Made by a program: the position numbers and the translations under genes. The notes under the pieces are model-generated. The model was not told the origin of the DNA and did no database searches. It saw nothing but the letters and a program-made list of their open reading frames with translations. Shown piece by piece: positions 12,786 through 26,426 of a stretch of 64,000 bases of DNA. Origin of the DNA: Octopus vulgaris (Eukaryota); NCBI GenBank assembly GCA_951406725.2, contig OX597821.1, forward strand, positions 102,424,001 through 102,488,000, read 5' to 3'. Position 1 is the stretch's first letter. Every line of letters begins with the position of its first letter.

Positions 12786-13870
12786 CCCTTTCGTTACCAA
12801 ACCGCCCAAAGCCGCCCGAAAAAAATTTTGGTTTATGAAACCAAACCGCCCAAAGCCGCCCGAATTTACCTATTCATATTTAAATGAGAATATCAGAGCA
12901 AATCTCTTCAGTACATTCGTGAAAACACGTATTATACTTCGTAAACAGTTCAACTACAGTTTTGTACAATAATCGAAGTGTAATTTTAATTCCGTGAATT
13001 TTGGGAGATTTTTTTCCGAAATTTGTTCCTATTGTGTTTTCAAAATTTGTAATTCTGACAAAAAATGGATACGAATTTCATTATATCAAGCAGCGAGTCA
13101 GAATTCGAAGGATTTTCTACTGAAGACCTTCATAAATCTAACTCTATGACTGAAAAAAAAAGCACATGGTATTTGATAATGAATTTGATGTTTCATTTTC
13201 CGAAAGTGAAAACTGTGAATCTGAGATCTCCGATAGCGATAAAGAAAACGAATTGGCACCTGAATGGAGTGAAAATTTAAAAACTGTTTCTTTCGGTGAT
13301 TTCTCTGAAGAAACTGGACCAAGCCACAGACTTTCCCAGAAGAGTAAAGCCTTAGACTATTTCTTTTTACTTTTTCGAATGAGCCTATTTGAAATCATTA
13401 CGGCAGAAACGAACCGTTACGCTAAACGTAAACAAAGCAAAAGAAACGATAGTTTGTGGTTTCCCTCAACCTTAAATGAAATTAAGACTATTTTGCCATA
13501 AATATTATTATGGGTATCAGAAAGTTACCCAGAATAACAAATTCTATCGTAAAATTTTGTTATATACCCAATTGAATATTAGCTAATAACCCATTTTCTA
13601 TAGCGATGTTTGAACAAAATTTTAATAATTTTATATTTTGTGGAATTTACCTGTATCTACCTGCAATTAGAGTCACTTTGTAACAAAAATTATAGTATAG
13701 AATTGGTTGAGAATATTTCATTAAATTATCTTCCAAAAATCAGATTAATATATCGATAAATAAAAAAGTTATAGTTGTTTAATGAAACCAGACTAAATTT
13801 ATGATTACGTTAGAAATTAATTGAAACACATAAGGGGTGTAATTTGGTCAGAAATATAGTAACGAAAGGG
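12786..13870 (+). mobile_element. Internally deleted piggyBac element, copy 2 (1085 bp)
   Basis: TTAA TSD (12782-12785, 13871-13874), same TIRs, near-identical to copy 1. Confidence 0.92.
13065..13540 (+). pseudogene. Truncated, frameshifted piggyBac transposase N-terminus
   Basis: ORFs 13065-13280 and 13166-13501, same peptide as copy 1. Confidence 0.8.
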
Positions 13871-14104
13871 TTAATGTGACACTAGATTTTTTTTTACACT
13901 ATTGTTTTTTATATCATATTTCCTTTACCATCATGGGTTTCACAGCATGGTTGCATGTACAAATTCAGGCTGTATGGGTAATCTGGCATAATTAGAGAGA
14001 AGGTTTAGAGGTTTTGAAAGCATGTTCAACCTTCTTATGGTATTTAACTTTAAAAAAAATTTTTTTACTTTTTTTATAAATCAAAGTTTATAAAAATTTG
14101 CAGG

Positions 14105-15432
14105 TGTGCCAATCACATGGTTCTTGGTTCAGTCCCACTGCAAGGTACCTTTGACAAGTGTCTTCCATAGCCTCATGTTAACCAAAGTCTTGTGTGTAGA
14201 TTTGGTAAATGGAAACTAAAAAGAAGCCCATTGTGTATGTGTGTTTGTCCCCCACCGCCGTTGGACAACTGGTGTTGATGAGTTTACATCTCTGTAACTT
14301 AGCAGTTCAGCAAAAGAAACCAATAGAATAAGTACTGGGCTTTAAAAAAAAAAGTGCTGGGATCAATTCATTCAACTAAAAATTCTTCAAGGTGGTGATC
14401 CAGCATGGCCACAGTCAAGTGACTGAAACAAGTAAAAGATAAATTTGGTGAGGTTTATATACAAGGGAGAGGTGATGGTACTGATGTGTTGAGCAAAACC
14501 TTTTTCCAAATTCAAAGACATTTTGAAGATTTTTTTTTTCTGAGAGAAGCTGCCATTAGCTTCACTTTTATTTGTTGCTTTCAAAATGTTCAATCAAAAT
14601 GGCCAATCACTACACAGTTTCTAACTGAAAGTTTTGGGACCTCTGAAAGAATTTAAACCTCCAGACCCGATCCCCCATGTCTAACTTTTCCCTCCACCTG
14701 GGCTCCTGAGCGAAAAAGTAAAAAAAATTGCATGGCTGTGTGGTAAGTAGCTTGCTTACCAACCACATGGTTCCGGATTCAGTCTCACTGTGTGGCACCT
14801 TGGGCAAGTGTCTTCTACTATAGCCTTGGGTTGACCAAAGCCTTGTGAATGGATTTGGTAGACGGAAACAGAAAGAAGCCTGTTGTATATATGTATGTGT
14901 GTGTGTTTGTGTGTCTGTCCTCACACCATCACTTGACAACCAATGCTGGTGTGTTTACATCTCCATAACTTAGTGGTTCAGCAAAAGAGGCTGATAGAAT
15001 AAGTACTAGGCCTACAAAGAATATGTCTTGGCATCGATTTGTTTGACTAAAGGCGGTACTCCAGCATGGCCGCAGTCAAATGACTGAAACAAATAAAAGA
15101 GTAAAAGAGCGACGATTGCAGGCCAAATAATGGACAGAATCGGCTGCTTCTGCCTTTTCTGCGTGTGTTGTTTATTGCCATTGTACAAAGAATTTGGTTG
15201 AGGTGACGTTTAACACATTCCTGCTACAGTGGAAATATGGTATGGCAGGGATAAAACCATAAGAAGTTAGGTGCAGGCATGGTTGTGTGTTAAAAGGCTT
15301 ACTTAGCAGCCATGTGGTTTTTGGTTCAGCCCCACTTCACGGCTCACTTGGTCAAGAGTCTTCAACTATAGTTCTGGGCCAACCTATACTTTGTGAGGGA
15401 ATTCAGTAGATAGAAACTGAGTGGAAGCCTGC

Positions 15433-15482
<50 letters not shown>

Positions 15483-15672
15483 TTTGTGCCTGTTTGTCCA
15501 TGCTCATATTTCACAACCAGTATTAGTTTGTTTACCTCTGTGTGACCCAGTGGTTCAGCAAAAGAGACTGATAGAATAAGTACTAGGATTGATCTGTTTG
15601 ACTAAAACTCTTCAAAGTGGTGCTCCAGCATGGCCACAGTCCAATGGCTGAAACAAGTGAAAGATAAAAGAT
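14105..15672 (+). mobile_element. Three same-strand SINE-1 (tail A) copies at about 14105-14440, 14731-15109 and 15271-15672
   Basis: Pol III A/B boxes (TGGCTGTGTGG, GGTTCAGTCCC-like), ccttgggcaagt core, (TG)n linker, tail ending cagtcaaatgactgaaacaagtaaaaga. Confidence 0.85.
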
Positions 15673-17551
15673 AAGGAAGAGAGAAGGGAAATTATGGAAA
15701 TGAAGAAGAAAGCTTTAAGGGGAGGCAGTTCTGTTGAAGAAGAATTTGGCAGAGTGATTAATTAGTATGTCAGCAGTGTGGAATTAGAAAGAGAGAGAGA
15801 GAGAGAGAGGGATGTAAGTAATGTAGAATTGGCAAGTTTAAGCTTTGAGAGAGATAGGTTGAAGTGGGGGGAATACAATGTAGTTCTAATGATTTATATT
15901 CTGCAATCCAGTCAGATCAATGTAATGATAATGAAAGCTTAATTTTTAAAGGGGTAATGTTTTTTGATGGTTAAAAAAAGAGACACATGGACATATTAGG
16001 CACAGCCCTGTTTCACAGTGAATATTCAGAGAAAAATGTTTTTAATGAATTAAAGCTTACGAGAGGCCCAATTTCACATGTAGGATCCTGAAGTATCTTT
16101 TGAGTAATTTAAAAAAAAAAAAAAAATGTGTCTTTTGTATACCATCAAATATGGTATTCATTAAGGTGGTTCGTGGTATGTACTCCTATTTGAGCATGGT
16201 AAAATAGCTCAGTTACTTACATACAATACTGCAATGAATTTTGTTAAGCTCCAAATTGTCCAAGATTGAACAGATGTCTAATTAAAGGTATTCCTGCTAT
16301 GACTATCGTATATTTTCTCTAAGCATAGGTGTGTGCTGGATTATGTTATATAACATGGTCCTTCCTTTTTCAAGATTGTAGAGTGCATGTTGAGGGTGAT
16401 TTGGTTGCTATTTCTAGCAAATAAAGTGACCATGTTGATGCTCCTTTATTCATTTGTAGATCTAAAAGCAGGATATATATACAGGTCATTGCTGACTTAT
16501 GACCACAATTGGTTCCGACTGACTAGTCATAGGTCAGCCTATAGGCCTATACATAGCTTTGTTTATATTTTTACATTTGTAAGGTATATTCTCAGGTAAA
16601 AGTCACACACAGCATTCTGTATTATAGTATTATACTGGCGTTAGTAAAAAATTTTGGAGTCTTGAGCAGTCATCTTATAAACAAATGAGGTTGCCTCAAT
16701 GTCTCCCTGACAGGGTATTCATCCAACAGTTGGGATAACCACAGTGGTGATCAATAACCAAACCTAGGGGAAGTGTTTGTTAGCTGGTATCATCTGCAGA
16801 CGGGTTAATTCCTAAGAAATTAAACCCATTAGAGTTTGACTGGACTATTATTATTGCTACCAGGAGCTGGCATGCCAATCGTCAAGTCGGATAGGTTGTA
16901 AGTCGACGACGACCTGTAGTAGGAAATTGATTCATTGGCTCCTAGCTCAGCACATTGGCAACTGAACTGACTAAATGTTGTTTACTATAAATAATAGAAG
17001 CACATAAAAATACTAACTTTTTATAAACAATATTTCCAGGTATGACAGAGTGTTATGAGGTAAATAATTTAGAATTATAGCAATGGATAGTTGATAGAGG
17101 GCATTTATATAACAAATAAAATGCCAGACATAACCGAAGATTTAGTAGAAAATATACCAAAATTCTGTCTTTAACCTCTGTAGATTAAGGGGTACTTTCA
17201 CCCATCAAGTTGTAGTCCTACTTGACTTCTTAAACTCCTGCTGCACACTGACCAGCCACATATTTTAATATCCAGTCATTCATTTGTCATTTAACATCCA
17301 CTTTTCCATGCTTGCATGGGTCAGATGGAATTTGTTGAGGTAGATTTTCTATGGCTGGATGCCCTTCCTGTCACCAACCCTCACTTGTTTCTGAGCAAGG
17401 TAATATTTTCCTTTTAGATAGATGCTTTTTTCATGGAAGACTGGAAACAAACATCCTTGGATGTACAGTGATGATGATGATGCTCATTTACAGCCATCAT
17501 GTGATGTGTAGATAAGGGCAAATGTGCACACACACACATGCATATCTCATC

Positions 17552-17756
17552 CAGGGCTGTGGAGTTTGAGTCATGGAGTCAAAGTTGGAAACTATTAAGG
17601 GGTAACTGGAGTCAGAGTTGGTAAAACTATGTCGACTCTGACTCCAGACCACAATCACTTAATTATGTAAAGAGGAGTCAGTTGAAGTCGGAGTTGGAGG
17701 TGCCAACAGTAGAGAAGTCGGAGTCAAAGTTTTTTTGTTTTGACTCCACAGCCCTG
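17552..17756. mobile_element. hAT-type MITE with internal GGAGTC repeats
   Basis: TIR CAGGGCTGTGGAGT / ACTCCACAGCCCTG; degenerate 8-bp TSD atctcatc / atatcatt. Confidence 0.8.
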
Positions 17757-17878
17757 ATATCATTGTCATCATCAGCTTTTAATGTCCGTTGTCCATGTGG
17801 GCACAGGTTAGATGGTTTGACCAGGGCTGGCAAACTGAGGGGCTGCACCAGACTCCAGTTTGATTTGGCATAGTTTCT

Positions 17879-18106
17879 TATTTCTTTATTGCCCACAAGG
17901 GGCTAAGCATAGAGGGGACAAACAAGGATAGACAAACGGATTAAGTCGTTTACATCGACCTCAGTGTGTAATTGGTACTTAATTTATCAACTCCGAAAGG
18001 ATGAAAGGCAAAGTCGACCTCGGAATTCGAACTCAGAACATAGCGGCAGACGAAATACCACTAAGCATTTCGCCCGGCGTGCTAACGTTTCTGCCAGCTC
18101 GCCGCC
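17879..18106 (-). mobile_element. tRNA-derived SINE-2, full length, inserted into an RTE-tail remnant
   Basis: Head ggcggcgagctggcagaa, B-box GAGTTCGAATTCC, 16-bp TSD atttggcatagtttct (17863-17878 / 18114-18129). Confidence 0.85.
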
Positions 18107-18289
18107 TTTTCCAATTTGGCATAGTTTCTATGGCAGTGTGCTTTATGTATACATTCATTCATTAAAATGAGTTTCTTACAATTTCTGTCTACCAAATCCA
18201 TTCACAAGGTTTTGCGCAAGGGGCCACGTTGAGGGACTGAACCGAAGACCACATGGTTGAGGAAGCTAGCTTTTTAACTACAAAGCCAC

Positions 18290-18335
<46 letters not shown>

Positions 18336-18787
18336 ATCTGTATTGGAAGAGAGCTTTATTCATATTAACAGTTGGTTATTTATCTATACTATTTTCACAA
18401 AGAGAAAATAAATATGAAGGAGGAAGATAAAATATTAAAATTGATTTAGGAAATAAAAAAATAATAGAAAAATATGAAGAAGACAGTTATTTATTAATGT
18501 TACACTTTTATCTAGTTCTGGTTTCTTCTACTTGTATTGATTTATTTTGGTGTAGGCTAAAAGGTTTTCAGTAGTCAATCAATGTTAATGTATAGTTTTG
18601 TTGTTTGCTCCATGTCAAATGGTTGGTAAAGTCAGAGTAGTGATTCTTTGAACATTATGACATAATATTTCATTTATGCATTTGTTTTGTAAGATTCTTG
18701 ATGTGAAATCATGTGTTGAAACCGATGTTGTGTCTTTGGAGGGTCATTTTTGCCAATAAGAAAACACATGCACTGGTTCTAGTTCAC

Positions 18788-18841
<54 letters not shown>

Positions 18842-18859
18842 GAACTAATAATAATAATT

Positions 18860-19330
18860 GGTATAAAAAGTGGGCTACAGCAAATATTCTGCTCAATACC
18901 ACGGATTTGCTTGTCAGTTGCTTGACCTTCACCAATTGAGTGCATCCCTTAGTGGCTGATGATATGTGCACCTCTGATCATGAGCAGGAGTAGTCGGGGG
19001 AATATCATAGCCATGTGTCGAGAGGAATTCTTTGGGGCTTGAATAATTCACATCTGGAAACAAGGGTGTTTCATTCCTCATTCTTAAACTTTATTCAGGG
19101 ACCTATTGAGCTGGATGGGTTGCACAGTCCGAAGAAAATTCTGGACCCCACTTGCAAGATCATGCACTCTTTATCTTCATATGAGATCACTATGTCATGT
19201 AGATATGGTTGTGATGAATGTGCCTGGTGTACCCTTATCAGACAGGTAGTCATGGTGGGTATATTGGGTTTCATACCCCAGTGTCACTTTGATGGCATGA
19301 ATTGCTCTCTCACTCAATAATAATAATAAT
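18860..19330 (+). mobile_element. Retroposon 3' region ending in (TAA)n; second copy on the minus strand at about 25125-25445
   Basis: Two homologous copies, each ending ctctctcactcaataataa within an AAT microsatellite. Family not identified. Confidence 0.6.
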
Positions 19331-19750
19331 AAAATTTCTTTTATTGGTTGCAAGGGCCCAATACATGGAGGACATAAAACAGGTGACTGCAACATTAAAG
19401 GATATGACAAAAGATATATAAATAGAAGTTAGAGAAATAAATAAGAAATATATAAAAATAATCCCCAGTAGCAGAGCAATCCACTTTGAGTAATTTGGAG
19501 TAAACCCCATGTAAAAGTCTTGGATTACTCTGCCATTCCCAAGGCATGGGAAGTGCCCTCTTCCAGGTTCTTTCTTCCTTCTTAGAAAATTATATCTTGA
19601 ATAGATCCATTCAGTCTCATCAATGTTGCCACTGTTGACCACCTTTTGATAAACATTCTAGAATGCAGCACCTCCCTCTCTACCCTCCGTTTCCTCTTCA
19701 AATGATATTTGAAGAAATTGATGTGTTTGGCCAGGTAAGAAAGTGCCTGT
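19331..19750 (-). mobile_element. L1/Tx1-like LINE 3' end remnant
   Basis: Minus frame INFFKYHLKRKRRVEREVLHSRMFIKRW followed by a UTR ending AATAAA; family assignment from memory of Tx1-type C-termini. Confidence 0.45.
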
Positions 19751-19760
19751 CTTCAATAAT

Positions 19761-20110
19761 AACAAGAGCACTCAGAGGGCACAAACCTTCGCCAAGGCAA
19801 CATCAATGTCCTCTCAATGAAAGGATTTTTAAAATGAGAATATCTGAAACAAACTCGACTGCTCTCACAAACGAGAATACTAAAAGTGAACCTGACCGCT
19901 CTCAAAAATTAAGTAAAAAAAACAAGAAAAATTATCCAAAACCCTTGTCCAGTACCGGATCTATCCCAAAATCTAATCAGTTCATGCCAGTCATGAGGTC
20001 AAACATCCCTGAAAGTTTCAGCAGAATCCATCCAGTAGTTCTTGAGGTATCTTGTCCACAAACAAACACGGCTGAAAGCAATACCTCTGCCTTTGCTAAG
20101 GCGGAAGTAA
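19761..20110. mobile_element. Non-autonomous Helentron/DINE-like element, copy 2
   Basis: Homologous to 5550-5919; terminal hairpin tacctctgcctt-tgct-aaggcggaagta. Confidence 0.65.
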
Positions 20111-22580
20111 TAATAATAAATAAGTTGGTGACTTAGCAGATATGTTTGTGCCTTGGGTGAAGTGCTTAGTGGCATTTCCTCCAGTTCTTTACATTCTGAG
20201 TTCAAATCCTGTCAAGGTCAACTTTGCATATCATCCTTTCAGAGCCGGTAAAATAATGGCCAATCAAGTACTGGGGTCCGTGTAATTGATTTGCATCTTC
20301 CTCCTCTCAAACTTGTTAGCCTTGAGCCAACATTAGAAAGAATTATTACGAGTCAGCTAGTTAACCAATTAACCAGTTAACTAATTGATTGCTTGATTAA
20401 TAATTTGGTCAATAAATCAATCAATCAACTGATTTGTCAGAGTCCTTTCATTGCAATTCATGGCTTCAATCACATGCTCTCATTAATCCAGGTCTGTGAA
20501 AACTGTAGTAAATTTATTTTTCACTGGTATATCACAAGATAATTCAAAGTCATATTGATGTATTATTGTTCATTGGATGGTGACCATTATTCACTATAAT
20601 TAGACGTTTTCTTTTTTGTTGTGTTGCTTCTGTGACAGGTGCTAAGTTTATTATCATATTCTAGTTAGATTTCACTTTATAACCTACTTCATGGTGGCTG
20701 TGGATCAGTAAGAAGAGTGCTGTGGCTGAAATAGTGCCATCTGGACAGAAGCCAGGGCTTGATTGATCCCACCTGGATCACCTGGATGAGATGGGTGGTT
20801 GTTTGAAAGACCCCAGAACTCCCAATTATCTAATGTAACACCATGATGTGTCCAGTTGTATCATATATATATATAAGATATATTTAGAAAGAGAAAAAAA
20901 GCTTAATATTTTTCTTTCTTGACAGGAAAGGCACACAGTGTTAACTTGTTTGTTACCTTATTTCCATTAAAATACATCCTCTTCATTTCAATTAATTTAG
21001 AAAATAATAAAGAAGTCAGTAAAATAATTTGTCATTATTAAGTTGATTTTTGGAACATAAGATTAACAGGAAATTTCAATTGGAAATTTTAATATAGATT
21101 ACCGTATTTTAACGTGTATAAGGAACCCCCTAATTTTTGGGGTTTAAAATTTGGAAAAATGGTTTTGTAAGGGATTATAATACTATGATAGATCGCTAGC
21201 CGCACACACACGTGTGTGTGCGTTTATATATGTGGGAGAGGTTTTAACCCATACATATCTCTGTACGCAAGCTTTGCAAACATCTATTATTTCCTTTCTT
21301 TCATCATCATCATCGTTCAACTAATAAAGTTGTTATTAACACATTTTGACTCCTTTATCCATTTACTTTGGGCTACATAATGAAACCAGTTTAAGGAACA
21401 ATTGTCCTTATCTGGCCTTGACTCACAAAGTGAAACAGGTTTGATACCTCTGCTCTATATGTTTAATCAACCTACTAAAAATAGCAGCAAATACCCTCAA
21501 ATCACAGTTTCATTAACTTTAAAAAAAAGTTAAATTTGACAATATGGTTCTAGATATATTGGATTGTCATGGGTGCCCAAAGTCAGTCATTATCAATCAA
21601 GGCAGATATGCAGCATGGACATTAGATAGAGTATAATATGCTCACATTGCCACCATATGTTAGAATGTTCAATAAAGTATTCAACTAGACAGGTGTTTTA
21701 GGATGTCCAGAGCTAAGGACTACTCATGATCATTTGACCAATCACCTATGCGATACAGGCTGAACTGCTGTGACAGACTTGTTATTCTTTATATAACTGT
21801 TGTAGGCAAATACACGATGCTTTATTATCTACAGTGCCATGGCTTCACCTGAAAATTAAAAAAAATTGCTAAGGCACCATGGACTGAATGGTACCTGTCG
21901 GACATATGTCCTTCACCCTGGGGCTGAGTAATAGCCATTTCAAAAGTGTCCGCCCTCTCTGCCCCACCCTGTATATGATGGGTTTCAGTTCCCATCTACC
22001 AGATCCATTCATGAGGCTTTGGTCAGCCTGGGGCCAAATACTGAGGTGCCACACAGTGAAACCGAAACCATGCAGTTGGGAAACAAAATCCTTACCACAC
22101 ACTTGCACAAATACACACACATATTCACAGAACATTCTCAATGTGTTCTAGAAGTACTTAGTACTTAACCCCTCAAATATAGGTACACATCTGTTGGAAC
22201 TATTGCCAACAAATAATTTGCAAGACTATTCCATCCAAACACACACTATAGTAACTCAATATGTTTATAAATGTCACAGATATGTAATTTAAAATCTAGA
22301 CTTATATGGCTATAAAACTAGGCAGGAAAATTGATTGTTGTGTATTGTTCTCAGATGGAAAATACAACCAGCTTGTTGGTGTGTTACGTGTCTGCTATTC
22401 ATTGGATTACTGAAGTAAAATATGTAAACAGAATGTGATGAAGCTTGTGGAGTAGTTGATTATGAATATCGCAGGCAACTGAGTTACCATTCCAAAACAT
22501 AAGCTTTGAAAAGTTTTTTACGTTGTCTTTTAATTTGTTTATTTTTGTTTGTTTGTTTTTATTATATTTTCTTAATGCAG

Positions 22581-22652
22581 CTACTGAAAAAAAATGAACC
22601 GACAGGCTCAAAGAATTTTGAAAAGAAATCTATTGAATATGACGATGCAAAG
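22581..22652 (+). CDS. MFSD14: Probable upstream coding exon of the MFSD14/HIAT1-like gene (LLKKNEPTGSKNFEKKSIEYDDAK), phase 0-0
   Basis: Long T-rich tract and ttaatgcag acceptor, 72 nt open frame, AAG|gttaat donor. Joins in frame to the 36960 exon. Lysine-rich and loosely like the vertebrate HIAT1 N-terminus. Lies in non-repetitive sequence; homology and donor are weak. Confidence 0.5.
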
Positions 22653-25444
22653 GTTAATCTTTTTTTTGCCAGAATTCTGTGGAATAGAACTTGTTTCTTT
22701 GCTGATTCTACTGACTTTTAATTAATTATACTTTTGCTCACTAAACGCCACTCACATTCTCCATTATGCTTTTTGTGGCTACTTTTAAAAACTTTTTGTG
22801 TTTTTTTTTAACTGTATTTCATGCGAGGGATTATGCATATAGGTAGATAATTGGCATAATATTTTGTGATTTAACATATATGGGTTCATGTGGAATATAC
22901 CTATCTTGGTTTTTTTTAACGATGTTTGTTTTGGTACTCTCCTACTTTTGTCAGCCATTTTTTTTTTTTTTGTACTAACTGATTAGTAAATAAACTATTT
23001 GACTCACTGAGACAGGTGTAATAGTTGATTGGCAGCCTTTCAGAATAATAGCTGTCACTACCCCACAGAGAAGTAGGGTGAGAAATCGGATGATTGTTTA
23101 CTTGTTTATTTACTAATCCTTCAGTATATTAAAAGACTTGGCTGTTGATAATTGGAAACTAATTTCTTTTTTTTTTTACATACAAGAATAAATGAAGAAG
23201 GTAAAGAACTGTTGGTTACGAGTTCATACCTTGACATGGGTTTTGTAACTTTGGGCAAGATATTTTACATGTGTGTTCACTCTCAAATTCTCATCATAAA
23301 TCATTGCTAATCTGGTGTTACTTTTCTTTTCTGAGCTATGAAAAAAAAAAAAAAAGAAATGTAAATTTTTTTTTTTTTTTTTTTTTTACACATACATGCT
23401 TTTTTTCTTTTTCTGCTCATATCAAATTAATATAAATGATCAAAGATATGTTTTTCCTCTTTTAAACTTTCAAATTTACTGCTCACATTCAAATCTGGAG
23501 CTCAGCTACGAGTTTTTAAAAGCTCATTGGTGCATATGAGACATTAAATGTTGCTTAGGTCATAAGAGAGAGAGAGATTGGACAAGCCAACTGTCAAATG
23601 CCTTTCTTTGCTTCAGTGACTTACGTTTTACGTTAGAAGTCGCATGTCTACTTGAAACCTGGAATCCTAACAAGAATGGGGTTAGTGTAATATTGGCAGG
23701 TAGTGTAAAGCACCATACCATTGAGCTTTGACTCTGCATTAACATAACTGGTAATTTGTTACCTGATGTCTCTTTTATGAATAGTTAAGTATAAGAGGCC
23801 AGACCTTACTGGTTTGAACATAAAACAAATATAGCAATTGGGCCAGATATGGTCACTTTCAATGGTAAAGAATTCTGCTTAGAAAAGTACAGGGCAAAGA
23901 CTAAAAAAAAAAAAAGAGAGAGAAAACTTAAAATATTGCTGCTGAAATTAGAATTTGATAAATAAATTTCTGAAATTGTTCATCAAATAGTATGTGTACC
24001 TTTTTGTTTTTGGGTGTTTTTATTGCGAATTTAAAAAAAAAAAAATCAAGTTAATATTTTGGGTTTAAAAATCCCTTTGCATTAAGCTAAAATGTTTTAT
24101 TTTTACTATTATTTTAAAATTTATTTTCTTAACAAACGTACTAGGCTTCCAAAGAATAAGTCCTGGGGGCAATTTGCTTGACTAAAAGGCAGTGCTCCAG
24201 CATGGCCGCAGTCAAATGACTGAAACAAGTAAAAGAGTAAACAAAAGAATTAATTTCTTTAAAGTTTGCATTATGAAATGAAGTATTTTCTATTTACAGT
24301 TAGAAAAATATTTTAAAAATTGTAGCTAATGAAAAGTTGAGTGCAAAATGAAGAAGCAATTCTCTTGCTCTTTAAAAAAAAACTTAGGAGTTATAATTAT
24401 CAATTTTACTTAAATTGCTTTTATGTGATTTTTTTAAGTATATAAATTTGAAAAATTAAATTTTTGATGTGCTAACTTGGAGGTAATTAGTCTTTTCACT
24501 AAAATTGAAAATAAATAGATTGAGTATTTTAATTTAAACTTTTCAATAAAAATAAAACTATAAAAGGGCATTTATTATTATCATAGTTTTTAAATTCTAA
24601 CTTTTTAAGTTTTTTTAAGTATTTCAAGTTTTTTTTTATTCTTGTCCTGTACTTTTCCAGGTTTAATATTTAAAATATTCTAGGATTCTGCACCAGCATT
24701 TTTCATTCTGGTACATATACAACACATCCTGTGTGTGTGTATATGTATGTATGGTTATGTATACACATACACACAACAGGCTTCTTTCAGTTTCTATCTG
24801 CCAAATTCACTCACATGTCTTTGGTAAACCTGAGGCTATAGTAGGAGACACTTTTGTCTTAGAAGTCACCTGCCAGATCAGAGCCTCACACTATTTAAAT
24901 TGATGCCATTATATTCAGAATGGGGTTGACTTCTCTCTGAGGTTGATAAAATAAATACCAGTTGCCCATTCCCAGTTTTTCCAAGAAATTTTACAAACGG
25001 ATTATTATTTAATAGATGCTTTACTGTGTAACTAATCTCTTCTCCGTCAACTATCTATCTCATGGGTGTATGTTGCTCTTTATAGTATATGCAGTGTTGA
25101 TTAAAACATATGCCCACTGAATTATTATTATTGAGTGAGAGAGCAGTGCATACCATCAAAGTGACACTGGGGTATAAATATACAAAGCTCAGTATACTCA
25201 TCATGTTTACCCATCTGATATGGGTACACCAGGCACATAATTACAACCATATGTGTGTGACATGGTGATTTCATATCAAGATAAATAGCGCATGACCTTG
25301 CAGGTGGGGCCCAGTTAGAATTTTCTTCTGGTCGAGTAGCCCATGCCACTCAAAACGTCCTTGAATAAGCGTTGTTTAAGGATGTTGAATGAAACACTAT
25401 TGTTTCCAGAGGTGAATTATTCAAACCCCAAAGAATTCCTCTCA

Positions 25445-25466
25445 ATTCTGCCAGCTTGCTGCCTTC

Positions 25467-25504
<38 letters not shown>

Positions 25505-25985
25505 TAATAATAATAATAATAATAACAATTCTTTCTACTAAAGGTACTAGTCAATTACATTGATACCAGTGTTTCACTGGTACTTAATTTATTGACCCTG
25601 AAAGGATGAGAGGCAAAGTTGACCTTGGTGGAATTTGAACTCAGAATGTGAAGACAGACAAAATACTACCAAGCATTTTGCCCAGTGTGCTAACAATTCT
25701 GCTAGCTCACCACCTTAATAATAATAATAACAATAATAATAATAATAATAATAATTATTTCTTTACTACCCACAAGGAGCTAAACACAGAGAGGACAAAC
25801 AAGGACAGACAAATGGATTAAGTCGATTACATCGTCCCCAGTGCGTAACTGGTGCTTAATTTATCGACCCCGAAAGGATGAAAGGCAAAGTTGACCTCGG
25901 CGGAATTTGAACTCAGAACGTGACGGCAGACGAAATACCGCTAAACATTTTGCCCGGCGTGCTAACGGTTCTGCCAGCTCGCCGC
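25445..25985 (-). mobile_element. Stacked SINE-2 copies separated by (TAA)n
   Basis: Repeated ctgccagctcgccgcc heads and gaaaggatgaaaggcaaagt cores. Confidence 0.8.
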
Positions 25986-25994
25986 CAACAACAA

Positions 25995-26386
25995 CTTTTA
26001 GGAAGGACAAACAAGAGTGCCTAATAATCGACGTGGCAGTGCCAGGAGATCGACATATCATCATGAAAGAAAGAGAAAATGTTGATAAATATGGAGACTT
26101 GAGAATTAAGATTGTCAAGATGTGGCAGCTACACGGGCCGAACATAAAGGTTATCCCTATTGTCCTCGGAGCATTGGGTTCAGTACCACCCAATCTAAAA
26201 AAAAAAAAAATATCTGAAAACCTTAGAGATACCCTACAATTTAGATATATTGCAAAAGTTGGCAGTACTTGGAACTGCACTCATATTGCGTTGAGGTCCT
26301 TGTTGTGACTTGACAAACAGTACAAACCCTGGTAGACACAATATCTTCAATCTACAACCTTATGATATTGTATACTGTGTGACGTC

Positions 26387-26425
<39 letters not shown>
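25995..26425 (+). mobile_element. R4/Dong-like non-LTR retrotransposon 3' fragment (restriction-like endonuclease C-terminus)
   Basis: CLIIDVAVPGD..KE.E..DKY.DL...MW..VIPIVLGALG and a frameshifted LQKLAVLGTALILR, then a short UTR and (TAA)n tail. Confidence 0.8.

Positions 26426-26426
<1 letters not shown>

Noticed and set aside
14731-14800. tRNA genes at SINE heads (also 52352 and 58670)
   Set aside because: A/B boxes only; I could not form a full cloverleaf, and each runs into a SINE body.
15072-15100. SINE tail A cagtc-aaat-gactg-aaac read as hammerhead stem II plus GAAA
   Set aside because: No core upstream; better explained as a retroposon 3' hairpin.
19663-20136. 157-aa ORF
   Set aside because: Spans an antisense LINE scrap and a Helentron-like element; the second copy of that element lacks the frame.
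21201-21222. Perfect 22-bp palindrome cgcacacacacgtgtgtgtgcg
   Set aside because: A (CA)n/(TG)n junction, expected in microsatellite-rich DNA.
22434-22482. C/D box snoRNA (GTGATGA..CTGA)
   Set aside because: Only about 49 nt, weak terminal stem and no recognisable rRNA guide.
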